From NCBI GenBank assembly GCA_051294375.1, contig JBJCIZ010000028.1, positions 1,625,479-1,689,478 on the forward strand: a DNA stretch of 64,000 nt, written 5' to 3'. The notes below the pieces were generated by a model that was given only the letters and a program-made list of their open reading frames with translations, was not told the DNA's origin and did no database searches. The position numbers and the translations under genes are program-made. Shown piece by piece: positions 45,022 through 55,749 of this stretch (within the stretch, counting starts at the first letter, position 1; every line of letters begins with the position of its first letter). The stretch comes from Paraspadella gotoi. Lineage: Eukaryota > Animalia > Chaetognatha.

Positions 45022-47750
45022 AATGGGTAAAATAAAAACAAGAAGAATGAAAATACAATTCTGGGTCCTTCAAAACCTCTTTCTGAATCGCAACTGCCTT
45101 CACTCCGCGATGTTTTGTCTCATGCAAAATTTAAAGCAACAACAAATTGCAAAATCGACTATGCTTTTTTTGAAGAAATCGCTAATGATGTGATTACTCT
45201 TTTTAAAAAAACTAATTCCGAGTTACCGATCACTGCAACGAAGACGGTTTCTTGGCGAATCAAAAAAGAATGGATCCAACTTCGAGAGATATCTCGCTCG
45301 TCAACATGCGCGCGTTTTAAACGATTCGAAGCGCGCCTCGACGAACTCTTCAACATCATGTTTGTCAAATGTCACATTAGCAGCTGTGAAGAAGCTGGTG
45401 GAAGGCACACATTGGTTGCCAATGTCCAATAAGTTTCCGCATTCCAAAAATTGAACTCTCTTTCGTCCTTGATCAAATGCGGCGAGGAAAGGGGAAAGGA
45501 AATGGCGATGACAACAATAGATCATCAAGTGACGAAAAAAATAAAAGAAAGACAAAAAATTCGTGAAAAAAAGTTTAGGAGAATCCTACAATTTAATGCT
45601 CAAAAACAACAACAGAAACAAGAACACGAAAAAGAAATTAACATTTCTGTCCAATCCGCGTTTCAAGAGGACATAGAAATTGAAGTTAACGATATTCTTT
45701 GGGAAGCACCAACACATATTCCACTACAAGGTAAAACATTTTTAAGAAAAATTATTAAATTCTTGCTAATTTTTTTCAAATATCTCTTTTTGTATTGTAC
45801 TGTTTTAAATGGATTCAACAATCAAGCTAAATTTAAAATTTTACAGAAAATAATATGCGTCGTCTGGACAACCTCGCTCGAGAGGCAGATCGCTGGCCTG
45901 ATGCGTCTGATCGGATGGTGGCGGCGCTTGCAACGGCCGTTCTCATCGATTACGGCATCGTCACCGCCGAGGACTCGATGCAAGCGATCGATCGGAACAA
46001 AGTTCGACGCGAGAGAGATAGGTTTCGGAAATCAATGTCTGAAAAAGAAAAGAACAATTAAAAGAAAATACTGTGAAAGGCCTTTTCTTTGACGGCAAAC
46101 AAATAGACACGCGACTAATGATAACTGACAATGGTATAACAAAACAAACTAAAGAGAAGCAAGAACACATCGTTCTTGTCAGTGATCCAGACAAAAGTTA
46201 CTTGACCCATGTTACGCCCTCCGCGAAATCTGCAGGCCCTACCGCGGATTCGATTTTAGAGTTCATTTATAAGCACGATTTATCAGACGGAATTCAAGTT
46301 TTAGGTGGGGATTCCACCCCCTCAATACAGGCCACAAATCAGGCGTTTTTTCACGCATCGAAGAGGCTCTAAAACGCCGCTGCCTATGGAGCGTCTGCCA
46401 GCTCCACACAAACGAACTTCCGCTTCGTCATTTATTTTCGGAACTTGATGGTAAGACTCGGGCAAAGGGACTTTTAAAGGTGAGATTGGCAGTCTCCTTT
46501 CCAGAGTTGAAAATCTTGAATGGAAGGATTCCTTTAAAAAAGTAACAGAAATTGAAGATCTAGAAATCTCGGAAGAAGTCGCTTCGGACTTATCATCGGA
46601 CCAAAAGTTTTTGTATTATGCGATAAAATCGATTAAGACGGGAATAGTTGCACCTGAAGTAAAATCTCTTAAACCCGGTGCTCTCTTCCACGCTCGCTGG
46701 GTAACAAATGCCAATCGCCTTTTGCTGCTTTATATGAAAAAGTAAAATTAAGCAAAGCTTCTCAAAAGAATTTGTACACCTTGTTTTTTTATACCACGAA
46801 CTATGCCATTTTATGGTTTCACATTAAGAGTCAACCTACGATTCTAGATGCTCCATTTCATATATTAAACAAATTCACTTTAAAGTACTTCAAGTCGATT
46901 TTTAATAGTTTTAAAAAGTAAAATTAAGCAGCTTCTCAAAGAATTTGTACAACTTGTTTTTTATATCCGAACTATGCCATTTTATGGTTTCACATTAAGA
47001 GTCAACCTCGATTCTAGATGCTCCATTTCATATATTAAAACAATTCAACTTTTAAGTTACTTCCTAAGTCGATTTTTTAAATAGTTTTTAAAAAGTAAAA
47101 TTAAGCAAAGCTTCTCAAAAGAATTTGTACAACCTTGTTTTTTTTTATATCCACGAACTATGCCATTTTATGGTTTCACATTAAGAGTCAACCTACGATT
47201 CTAGATGCTCCATTTCATATATTAAACAAATTCAACTTTTAAAGTTACTTCCAATGTCGATTTTTAAATAGTTTTTCCCTATACAAAGTCGTGGTTTGCG
47301 CGCCCCGAAAATCTGCTTACAGCTTTCATGGCATCATCGGATAAAAATATCCGCTGTTTTGCGATTGACAAACTACTTTCAGTTCGAGATGGAAAAATAA
47401 CGGAGATGCGAGCGTGCGCAAATTTAAAACCCCCGAAACTGAATTTTAAAGCAACTACAATTTACGAATTAATTGATTGGAAAGAAGTAAAATGTACGGA
47501 ACCTATAATTTCAGTGAAGCTTTCTTTTACAAGAACTGGAAAATATTCGTGAAAATCCACTTTTCGTCCCTAAATTTCACTGCCACACTCAGCACGTGGA
47601 AAGAATGGTGAAAGAGATGACTGCTGCGTGCGAGTCTGTGACTGGTTTCGAACGTCGAGACGGTTTTATTCGTTCGCGTCTTCAGTCTCGTTCTCTTTTG
47701 CCAAAGATGGAAACTAAGTCTGATTTTAAATCTATTTTTCATTCCCTTTG
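45022..47750 (+). pseudogene. Frameshifted hATm-type transposase with a putative intron (45731-45846)
   Basis: Motifs LAREADRW..IDRNKVRRER, GLFFDGK (D1), EHIVLVSDP..YLTHVTP, LGGDST (D2), CQLHTNELPLRHLF (CxxH), DLSSDQ, HARWVTNANR, WFHIK, CHTQHVER (E), RRDGFIRS. Confidence 0.85.
46738..47270 (+). repeat. Internal ~175-bp tandem triplication within the transposase
   Basis: AAAAGTAAAATTAAGCA..CTTCTCAAAAGAATTTGTACA..CACATTAAGAGTCAACCT at ~46738, ~46914 and ~47091. Confidence 0.9.
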
Positions 47751-48669
47751 ATAATTTTTGCGTTTGCTGATTTAAATTTCTTGTTTTTGTGTTTATAAAA
47801 GATTGTATATACTTTTTTTTTATTTATACTATTTTCTTTGATATAGTATATAAAAGTATTAATGTTAACAATTCTAATCAGCTTTCATTATTGAATTTTA
47901 TATTAGGAAATGTTTAAACTTAATATCGTGACTATTTTTTGTACTCATACATAGAACAAATATTAAAACGAGTTGTTATTTAAAAGAGATATTAAAAAAT
48001 ATATTAAATCGCGAGTAATTATTGTAATTTTTTTCTGATGTCGAAGAGTTATGCCAGGTATATCACTTTGATCCACACTAAATTGTTCGCACAACCTTTG
48101 ATGCGGTCAGGGGCTTTATTTTTTTCTTTTCTCGCTTATTCTCTTTGATATTGTTCAAAAATCTTAATCTATTGCTTTAAAATACATAAAATGTTTATTG
48201 CTTAACTCAGAGACAACATTTTATATATAATATATAAATATTATATATATAATATATAAATATAACCAAAACTAAAATTTGATGGTCACGTGACCAATTT
48301 CCACCAATCACAGAACGCTATTCATGATTTTTTATCGTCGCGCAATCGCTTTGTTTAAAAATTGTAAAATCTGCAGTAGATCCTGAATATTTTTTCGACA
48401 ATTGTTGTTGTGAAATCAAATAAAACTACTTTAGGTAAAGGAATTACCGACAGGCAACATATTTTGAAAAAATATATACGCATAAGATCCGCCCTATTGA
48501 GCACATACTAAAGATAAAGGAAAAACACTTTAATTCATCCTTTGTCAAAAAGATTTTTTACAGCACGTGAAACATTTGTCAAAATTTTTCAACAGAGAAA
48601 TAGATACTTATAAACATATTGTAAAGGGGCCAAAAAATTGTCAACCCTATTCTCACCTAAATATGCTTA

Positions 48670-49223
48670 TATGGTGAAGTGAAAGTTTGCAATCAAAATT
48701 TAGCAGTTATATCTTGAAAACTATCATATTAGTGAATACTAATCTGTAATTATTTTTCTTTTTTTCAAAATATAGTAGCCCAGTCAGCTTATTTTGTATA
48801 TAGTACTACCCTTATATAATGTCAAAATTTCAAAATAGTTTTTTTTTAAATTCTCGTTAAAAGTTTATAAACGAAAATATAAATCTTTTTCAAAATTAGC
48901 ATTAAGTAGGTTAAAATTACAAAAAACTTTATTTTTAAGCTGGAAATTGGGTGTCTTAAATAGTTTTTTTATATTTTTGACCAACTTAATGAAAGAATTT
49001 TTAAAAAAGAATTATACTTTCTTATATTAACTTTTTGCAAGAAATCCAAATCTGATCTTAAATTCAAAATTTGCAATTTTGAAATTTTAGCCTATTATAT
49101 ACTTATTACTGTATATAAATATAACTCACTGGTGCCCACTAATGTATAAGATTTAAAAATAAATTATTAAAGTATTTTATTGGTTTTTATGTTCATGTTT
49201 TATATCATTTTCACATCACTCTA
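48670..49223 (+). mobile_element. hAT-type MITE, copy 1 (empty site for the solo LTR)
   Basis: TATGGTGAAGTGAAA...TTTCACATCACTCTA; colinear with 49648-50509; TSD degenerate. Confidence 0.75.
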
Positions 49224-49647
49224 ATAAGCAGTGGGATAAGCTTGGTATCTGGACCTGCTCATATAATTGAAGAGGGGTCGCCAGTTATCTACACAAATTT
49301 TTATTGTTTCTTGGCAATCGTAAAAATGCAAACTTATTATGTACGTACATTCTCTAACATTTTAGGCTCAAACCGAATAGCATAAAAAATTTTCAAAATG
49401 TTAATAATTTATAATGCTTTAATTATATCAAATATCAATAACCTTCGAGCACCTCCATCCCATTTTCCTCATGAAATTTTTTGAAGGTTTTGGCTTTGTA
49501 TCCAAGAGCTCTATCCTACGCATTGAACCGCCGCATTCACTGGCAACGATTTTTCTCTCTCTCATTTTTTTCTTAACTGGCTTGCAGAAGCCTTACGGTC
49601 TTGTATATCGAGACTTCCAAGTCATCGTCCTTGCTCTTTGTGGACAT

Positions 49648-50509
49648 TAGGGTGAAGTGAAAGTTTGGAATCAAAATTTAGCAGTTTATCTTGAAAACTA
49701 TTATATTAGTAAATACTAATCTAGAGTTATTTTTCTTTTTTTAATAATATAGTAGCCCAGTCAGCTTATTTTGTATATAGTACTACTATGGTGGACTAAA
49801 TATCCACAACCGTTCATCAGCGGCCATTGGTTGCCGGAGGCAAGTCATTCGCCTCCCAACCCAAAGGTCTGGGGTTCTAGCCCGTGGCCGTCCTAGCATT
49901 TAAGAGGGACGGGGCGCTTACCCGCCTGTAACTACGGTTTATCAGCCTGATCGAAGCTCAGGACTGCTTACATTGAACGGTTCTGTCACTAACACATAAT
50001 ATTAATTATTGTCTCTTCACTACCCTTATTAATGTCAAAATTTCAAAATGGTTTTTTTTTAATTCTGAGAACAGATTCAGATTCCTGTGTTAAAAAGTTG
50101 ATAAAAGAAATATAAATCTTTTTATAGAGATTAAAAAATTATGTCATTAATAGTATTAAAAATTATAAAAAACTATATTTTTAAGCTCGAAAAATTAAAA
50201 TTGGTATATTAAAACATAGTTTTTTTAGATTTTTGACCAACTTAATGAAAATAATTTTTAAAAAAAATTATACTTTCTTATATTAAATTTTTGCAAAGAA
50301 TCCAAATCCGATCTTAAAATTAAAAAATTTTGTATTTTGAAATTTTAGCCATTATATATCTTATTACTAATATAAATGTAGTCTCACTGGTGCCCACTAA
50401 TGTATGAAATTAAAAAAATTTACCAAAGTATTTTAATGGTTTTTTATTTTCACGTTTTATATGCTAAATTTAATTTTCTAGAATATTTTATTATTTTCAC
50501 ATCACTCTA
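49648..50509 (+). mobile_element. hAT-type MITE, copy 2, with a nested solo LTR
   Basis: TIR TAGGGTGAAGTGAAA / TTTCACATCACTCTA; flanking duplication GTGGACAT (49640-49647 and 50511-50518; 8 bp, or 9 bp with one mismatch). Confidence 0.8.
49787..50019 (+). mobile_element. Solo LTR with a tRNA-like Pol III segment, related to the 27841-28619 TRIM
   Basis: TATGGTGG...GTCTCTTCA; 4-bp TSD CTAC (49783-49786 and 50020-50023), with a single CTAC in MITE copy 1; B box GGTTCTAGCCC at 49873-49883; shares ACCCGCCTGTA..AAGCTC.GGACT..ACAT(T)GAAC and the CTCTTCA end with the TRIM LTRs. Confidence 0.72.
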
Positions 50510-51299
50510 AGTGGACATGCAAGGTTGCTAGCTGCAGATGGCTGTAGGAGAGAAATGAAGCTGTTTGGCGATCCTATATCTTGATAAACCCGCCTTCCAA
50601 AGCTCAACAATTACAGCTTTATTTTTGGGGTTTAACTGTTTTGAAGTTTCCATGGTAAAAAAACATCAAAAAACAAAAAACAAAGATGGATAAACAAATT
50701 TTTTTTTTCAAAAAAAAAAAAAAAAAAAAAAAATTGTAAGACAAAATTTTGATCCTTTTTTTATTTTAGTACTGCTACTATAATATTTAGCCTAAAAACC
50801 TCGTCATGGGCTCGAATGAAAGATAGTTGTCTTGGATTTCATATGAACCCAAGATTTAATTAATAGGACGACAAACAAGCGAGATAGTAGGGGGTTCAAA
50901 GTTTAAACTTTTTTTGGAGCAGATCTGTATTTATGGAAATATTTACTGTATATTAAATTATCTTTAATAGACATTTTAAAAGAAAACAGATACCAGACAA
51001 CGGGACATCTAGTTATCAACCTTTCCCACCCTAAAAATTATCTTTACACGTCATTGGACCAATTTATAATCCGAAACCTTTTTAATTACGAAAAGTGTTA
51101 TTCATAATTTTATTATTATTATTAGCTCTGTTTTTTTAAATAAAAAAAATATCCTTTCATACCAATTTTATTTCGTGAAAAAAAGTTTTACAATGGTTGA
51201 AGCACAGGAAGAATTGAATACAAAAGAAAATGTTTAACCAGTTGTGCATTTTTATAAATAAAGTTAAAAATCTAACATTTCTCGGTGTCTTTTGTTTGC

Positions 51300-53215
51300 A
51301 TCCAATGCGACAGAACCGGACGTAACTGACATCTATCGACTTTTTTAAGTTGTGATTCGAATTCGTCTCTTTTGTCTTTTGTTCGTCGTCGCCAGGATCT
51401 CTGCGTTTGAGGAAGAGGGATCGCCGCCGTTGTCCGTTTCCAATTTTCTCGGCTTAAAAAAATAAATCAATTATTATTTTTAGGTTCAAAGATAAACGTT
51501 GCGATTTATCAAAATATATTCATTTGTTATTATCCTATTTGGGTAATTAAAACCCTTGCTTTTAATATAAGTACTCAAACATGTAATATGGCAACATATT
51601 CAATCAGTTAGACTAAACCAGAGAAAAGCACAATCACGCCAGACATCAAATTGTCCCACAGAATCTTCAAGATATGACAAGAGATATCAATGGATTCGTC
51701 ATTCGCCAACCTGGTCGAGATTCTCGTATTCCTTAAGAATATCTTTCGCGTCGCTCTCAAGATTTTCGTCGTCGTCGGCGTCGTCGTTTCCTTCTTTGCC
51801 ACTCCCGATTTGAACGCTTATCACCACTGAAAGAGAGACATAATAACTCAATTATAAGTATTATAAGTTTGAATCATTGCAATTTTTTTTAAAAAATGTA
51901 AAAAAAAATAAATGTCAGTTTCTTGCGCGAAACAAATCTATTTTGAAATAAGATTCAAACCGCTTGACTCTAATAATATTTGACAAATTACATTCTATCG
52001 AATGCATTATTGCCTGCGTTATGATCATGATTATGATTATGATTTTAGTCCACCATAAATAAAACGTAACAAATCGACGAACTGACCGACAAACCAGCTA
52101 ACCTTCAGCACTATTCTCCAAAAGCGCCCCATTTCTCTTAGTAATCTGTAAATTTAGTTTAATTTTTTTAATATTTAAAATATGTAATAACTCTATTGTA
52201 CTTTATTTATTAGCCAATCACTAAATAATAATTTATTCAATTTAAACTAAATCAACAGAGAGATACTATTATTTCCCCGAGTGACATCTTTTATGATTAT
52301 TAAAAATTATACTTAAGATAAAAATATTTATATATACTTAGTATTAAGTACTTAACCAAATCTTTAACCCTAACCTCATACCAAACCCTTATCCCTAATC
52401 CCTTACCTGATTCCTTTTTCTAATTTTCTATCCTTAATCCCTCGACTTAATCTTTAACCAAATCTTTAACCAAATCTTTAACCAATTCATTAACCAATTC
52501 ATTAACCTAACCCCCAAACCTTAATTAAAATTCATCTAAACCTTTACTTATTTTAACTTATTCAAACTTTTCTAAACTTATTAATTAAAGTTAATTATTT
52601 AAAAAACTTACCTAATTTTAAATTCAAGCTGAAATATATCGGTTTTGATAAATATTTCTCACCCGTGTCTTTTCTCTTCGTCGAATTTTGTTTTCGGGAT
52701 CGAAAGATTTTGACTTTGTTGTTGTTGTTGTTGTTGTTATTGTTATTATTACTATTATTGTTGTCATCGGCGATAGTCGTTCCTCGATTTCCGTTGGTGA
52801 AACTCATCTTCTTCCCGCGAATTCCTTAAAATTAAAATCAAGTAAATAATCTTTATTAAATTAATCTTTTAATCTTTTAATCTCAATCTTTCAATTTTTA
52901 ATCTTTATCTTTATTTAATAAATAATATAGATATCTTGGCCCTATTTTCCCAGAACGCAACATTTTATCCTTAATTCGGAATAGCAGCAGCATCGGCGCT
53001 GTTCTCCTCGACGACGCCGGCACGCCCACTTCGGCCGGCGCGTCGTCTCCCGCAACGCGGCTCCGTCATCGCCGCGGCGGCCACGGCGCAGCGGCGTCCC
53101 GTCGAACGACGCCGCAGTCTAAGATCAATCCGCAGACTGAATACGATTTCGGCGGAATGTTGATGAACGTGACTTGTCCCGTCGAAATAAGGAGAGCGGC
53201 GATACAAGGGTCAGG
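51300..53215 (-). CDS. Possible 3' exons of an unidentified gene
   Basis: CpG-rich islands at ~52975-53215, ~52660-52820, ~51615-51826 and ~51300-51452 with some AG/GT borders on the - strand; no consistent frame or recognisable domain. Confidence 0.25.
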
Positions 53216-53855
53216 GCTCTCTTCTGAAAATGCCCACTTTTTGGTTTTTGCAGAATTTAATTTTAACGTTAATTTTAAATCTAAATATATTTATGAACTT
53301 ATAAACCCTCCCTAACCTAATCCTAACCGTATCTTAATTTCTAAATGCTAATCCCTAACCTCAACATAAACCAAATTCCTAACCTTAATAACTAATCTTT
53401 TAACCTGAACTATTACCTATCTTTTAACTAAAAACAATGAACCTANNNNNNNNNNNNNNNNNNNNNNNNNGAAATTAACAACGTCGTAAAGAAGATTCTA
53501 CGCCCGTTTCAATCGAAGTTGGCGAATCCATCGATTCGCCACATTGGTGATCCCGACATCGAACTATTAGCGCCTCTCAATCGCCGAGGNNNNNNNNNNN
53601 NNNNNNNNNNNNNNNNNNNNNNNNNNNNNNNNNNNNNNNNNNNNNNNNNNNNNNNNNNNNNNNNNNNNNNNNNNNNNNNNNNNNNNNNNNNNNNNNNNNN
53701 NNNNNNNNNNNNNNNNNNNNNNNNNNNNNNNNNNNNNNNNNNNNNNNNNNNNNNNNNNNNNNNNNNNNNNNNNNNNNNNNNNNNNNNNNNNNNNNNNNNN
53801 NNNNNNNNNNNNNNNNNNNNNNNNNNNNNNNNNTTTTGTTGACGCACCTACGACG

Positions 53856-54782
53856 ATGGCAGAAGCCCCTCCATCGCAATCTGAAGTGGAAACGCTCCGT
53901 ACGGCGCTAGAAGCTGCCATGGCCGCCACTCGCGCCGCACAAGAAGCGCTCTCTCGAGCAGAAAAACCCAAAAAGCCAGATCTCCCGACTTTCGATCGGG
54001 AGAACATTGAGATTTGGATCCGCAGGGTAGAAGCTGCATACACTCGCGCGAGAGTAGTCACCGCGAAAGATAAGTTCGCCTTCTTGGAGGCGAAGATCAG
54101 CGTCGATTTGGATCCGCGGATCAACGCTTTCCTATATGGCGACCCCTCAGAAGAAAGGTGGACTGCGTTCGTCAAATATCTCCGTGACGAATATGGATTG
54201 ACAAAACGGCGTCAAGCCGAGCTTCTTCTCGACGCCAGGATCTCAAGAGATGACATGCGTCCATCTCAACACCTCGCTCGTCTCGTCGAAAAGTCGTCAA
54301 CGGTCTCAATCGACGACATAAGGAAGGAATTGATTCTGCGAGGCCTTCCTGCATCCATCAGAGCCAACGTCATCGACAGAGCAGAGACGTCGACGGCGGC
54401 GGAAGTCGCCACAATCGCCGACAAGCATTTTGACACGTCCGGGAAACCTTTGTGCAAAAGCTCCTCTCTCTCCATCAACATGGCCATCAACGACGCCGAC
54501 ATTGAGACGTCGACTGACGAGGAGGAGCTGCCCGAGATCAACGTCGTCAACCGGCGCCGCGATTTCCGCCCACAAAATGCCACACGACCTAACGCAGCAC
54601 CAAGTGCCACGCGGGCGCCGCAAAACAAACCCGACGGCGCAAATTCATCACGTTTGAGGCAGATATGCCAATTTCATGCAAAATATGGCGACGCCGCATA
54701 TAGGTGTGAGAGAGGATGTGCCCGTTATGGCGACAAACGCCCATCCAAACCGGGAAACGGGCAGGCGGGAAGGCGCAGGTGA
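53856..54782 (+). CDS. gag: Gag (CsRN1-type)
   Basis: LPTF..IEIWIRRVEA, LLDARISRDDMRPSQHLARL, LRGLP.SIR..ADK and a C-terminal CHCC knuckle CQFHAKYGDAAYRCERGC. Confidence 0.88.
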   Translation: MAEAPPSQSEVETLRTALEAAMAATRAAQEALSRAEKPKKPDLPTFDRENIEIWIRRVEAAYTRARVVTAKDKFAFLEAKISVDLDPRINAFLYGDPSEERWTAFVKYLRDEYGLTKRRQAELLLDARISRDDMRPSQHLARLVEKSSTVSIDDIRKELILRGLPASIRANVIDRAETSTAAEVATIADKHFDTSGKPLCKSSSLSINMAINDADIETSTDEEELPEINVVNRRRDFRPQNATRPNAAPSATRAPQNKPDGANSSRLRQICQFHAKYGDAAYRCERGCARYGDKRPSKPGNGQAGRRR

Positions 54783-55749
54783 ACGCNNNNNNNNNNNNNN
54801 NNNNNNNNNNNNNNNNNNNNNNNNNNNNNNNNNNNNNNNNNNNNNNNNNNNNNNNNNNNNNNNNNNNNNNNNNNNNNNNNNNNNNNNNNNNNNNNNNNNN
54901 NNNNNNNNNNNNNNNNNNNNNNNNNNNNNNNNNNNNNNNNNNNNNNNNNNNNNNNNNNNNNNNNNNNNNNNNNNNNNNNNNNNNNNNNNNNNNNNNNNNN
55001 NNNNNNNNNNNNNNNNNNNNNNNNNNNNNNNNNNNNNNNNNNNNNNNNNNNNNNNNNNNNNNNNNNNNNNNNNNNNNNNNNNNNNNNNNNNNNNNNNNNN
55101 NNNNNNNNNNNNNNNNNNNNNNNNNNNNNNNNNNNNNNNNNNNNNNNNNNNNNNNNNNNNNNNNNNNNNNNNNNNNNNNNNNNNNNNNNNNNNNNNNNNN
55201 NNNNNNNNNNNNNNNNNNNNNNNNNNNNNNNNNNNNNNNNNNNNNNNNNNNNNNNNNNNNNNNNNNNNNNNNNNNNNNNNNNNNNNNNNNNNNNNNNNNN
55301 NNNNNNNNNNNNNNNNNNNNNNNNNNNNNNNNNNNNNNNNNNNNNNNNNNNNNNNNNNNNNNNNNNNNNNNNNNNNNNNNNNNNNNNNNNNNNNNNNNNN
55401 NNNNNNNNNNNNNNNNNNNNNNNNNNNNNNNNNNNNNNNNNNNNNNNNNNNNNNNNNNNNNNNNNNNNNNNNNNNNNNNNNNNNNNNNNNNNNNNNNNNN
55501 NNNNNNNNNNNNNNNNNNNNNNNNNNNNNNNNNNNNNNNNNNNNNNNNNNNNNNNNNNNNNNNNNNNNNNNNNNNNNNNNNNNNNNNNNNNNNNNNNNNN
55601 NNNNNNNNNNNNNNNNNNNNNNNNNNNNNNNNNNNNNNNNNNNNNNNNNNNNNNNNNNNNNNNNNNNNNNNNNNNNNNNNNNNNNNNNNNNNNNNNNNNN
55701 NNNNNNNNNNNNNNNNNNNNNNNNNNNNNNNNNNNNNNNNNNNNNNNNN

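Larger units (their letters stand above)
44644..48496 (+). mobile_element. hAT-superfamily DNA transposon, hATm-like; full length but defective
   Basis: 11-bp TIR TAGGGCGGATC...GATCCGCCCTA; perfect 8-bp TSD TTGAGCAC (44636-44643 and 48497-48504); internal transposase. Confidence 0.9.
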
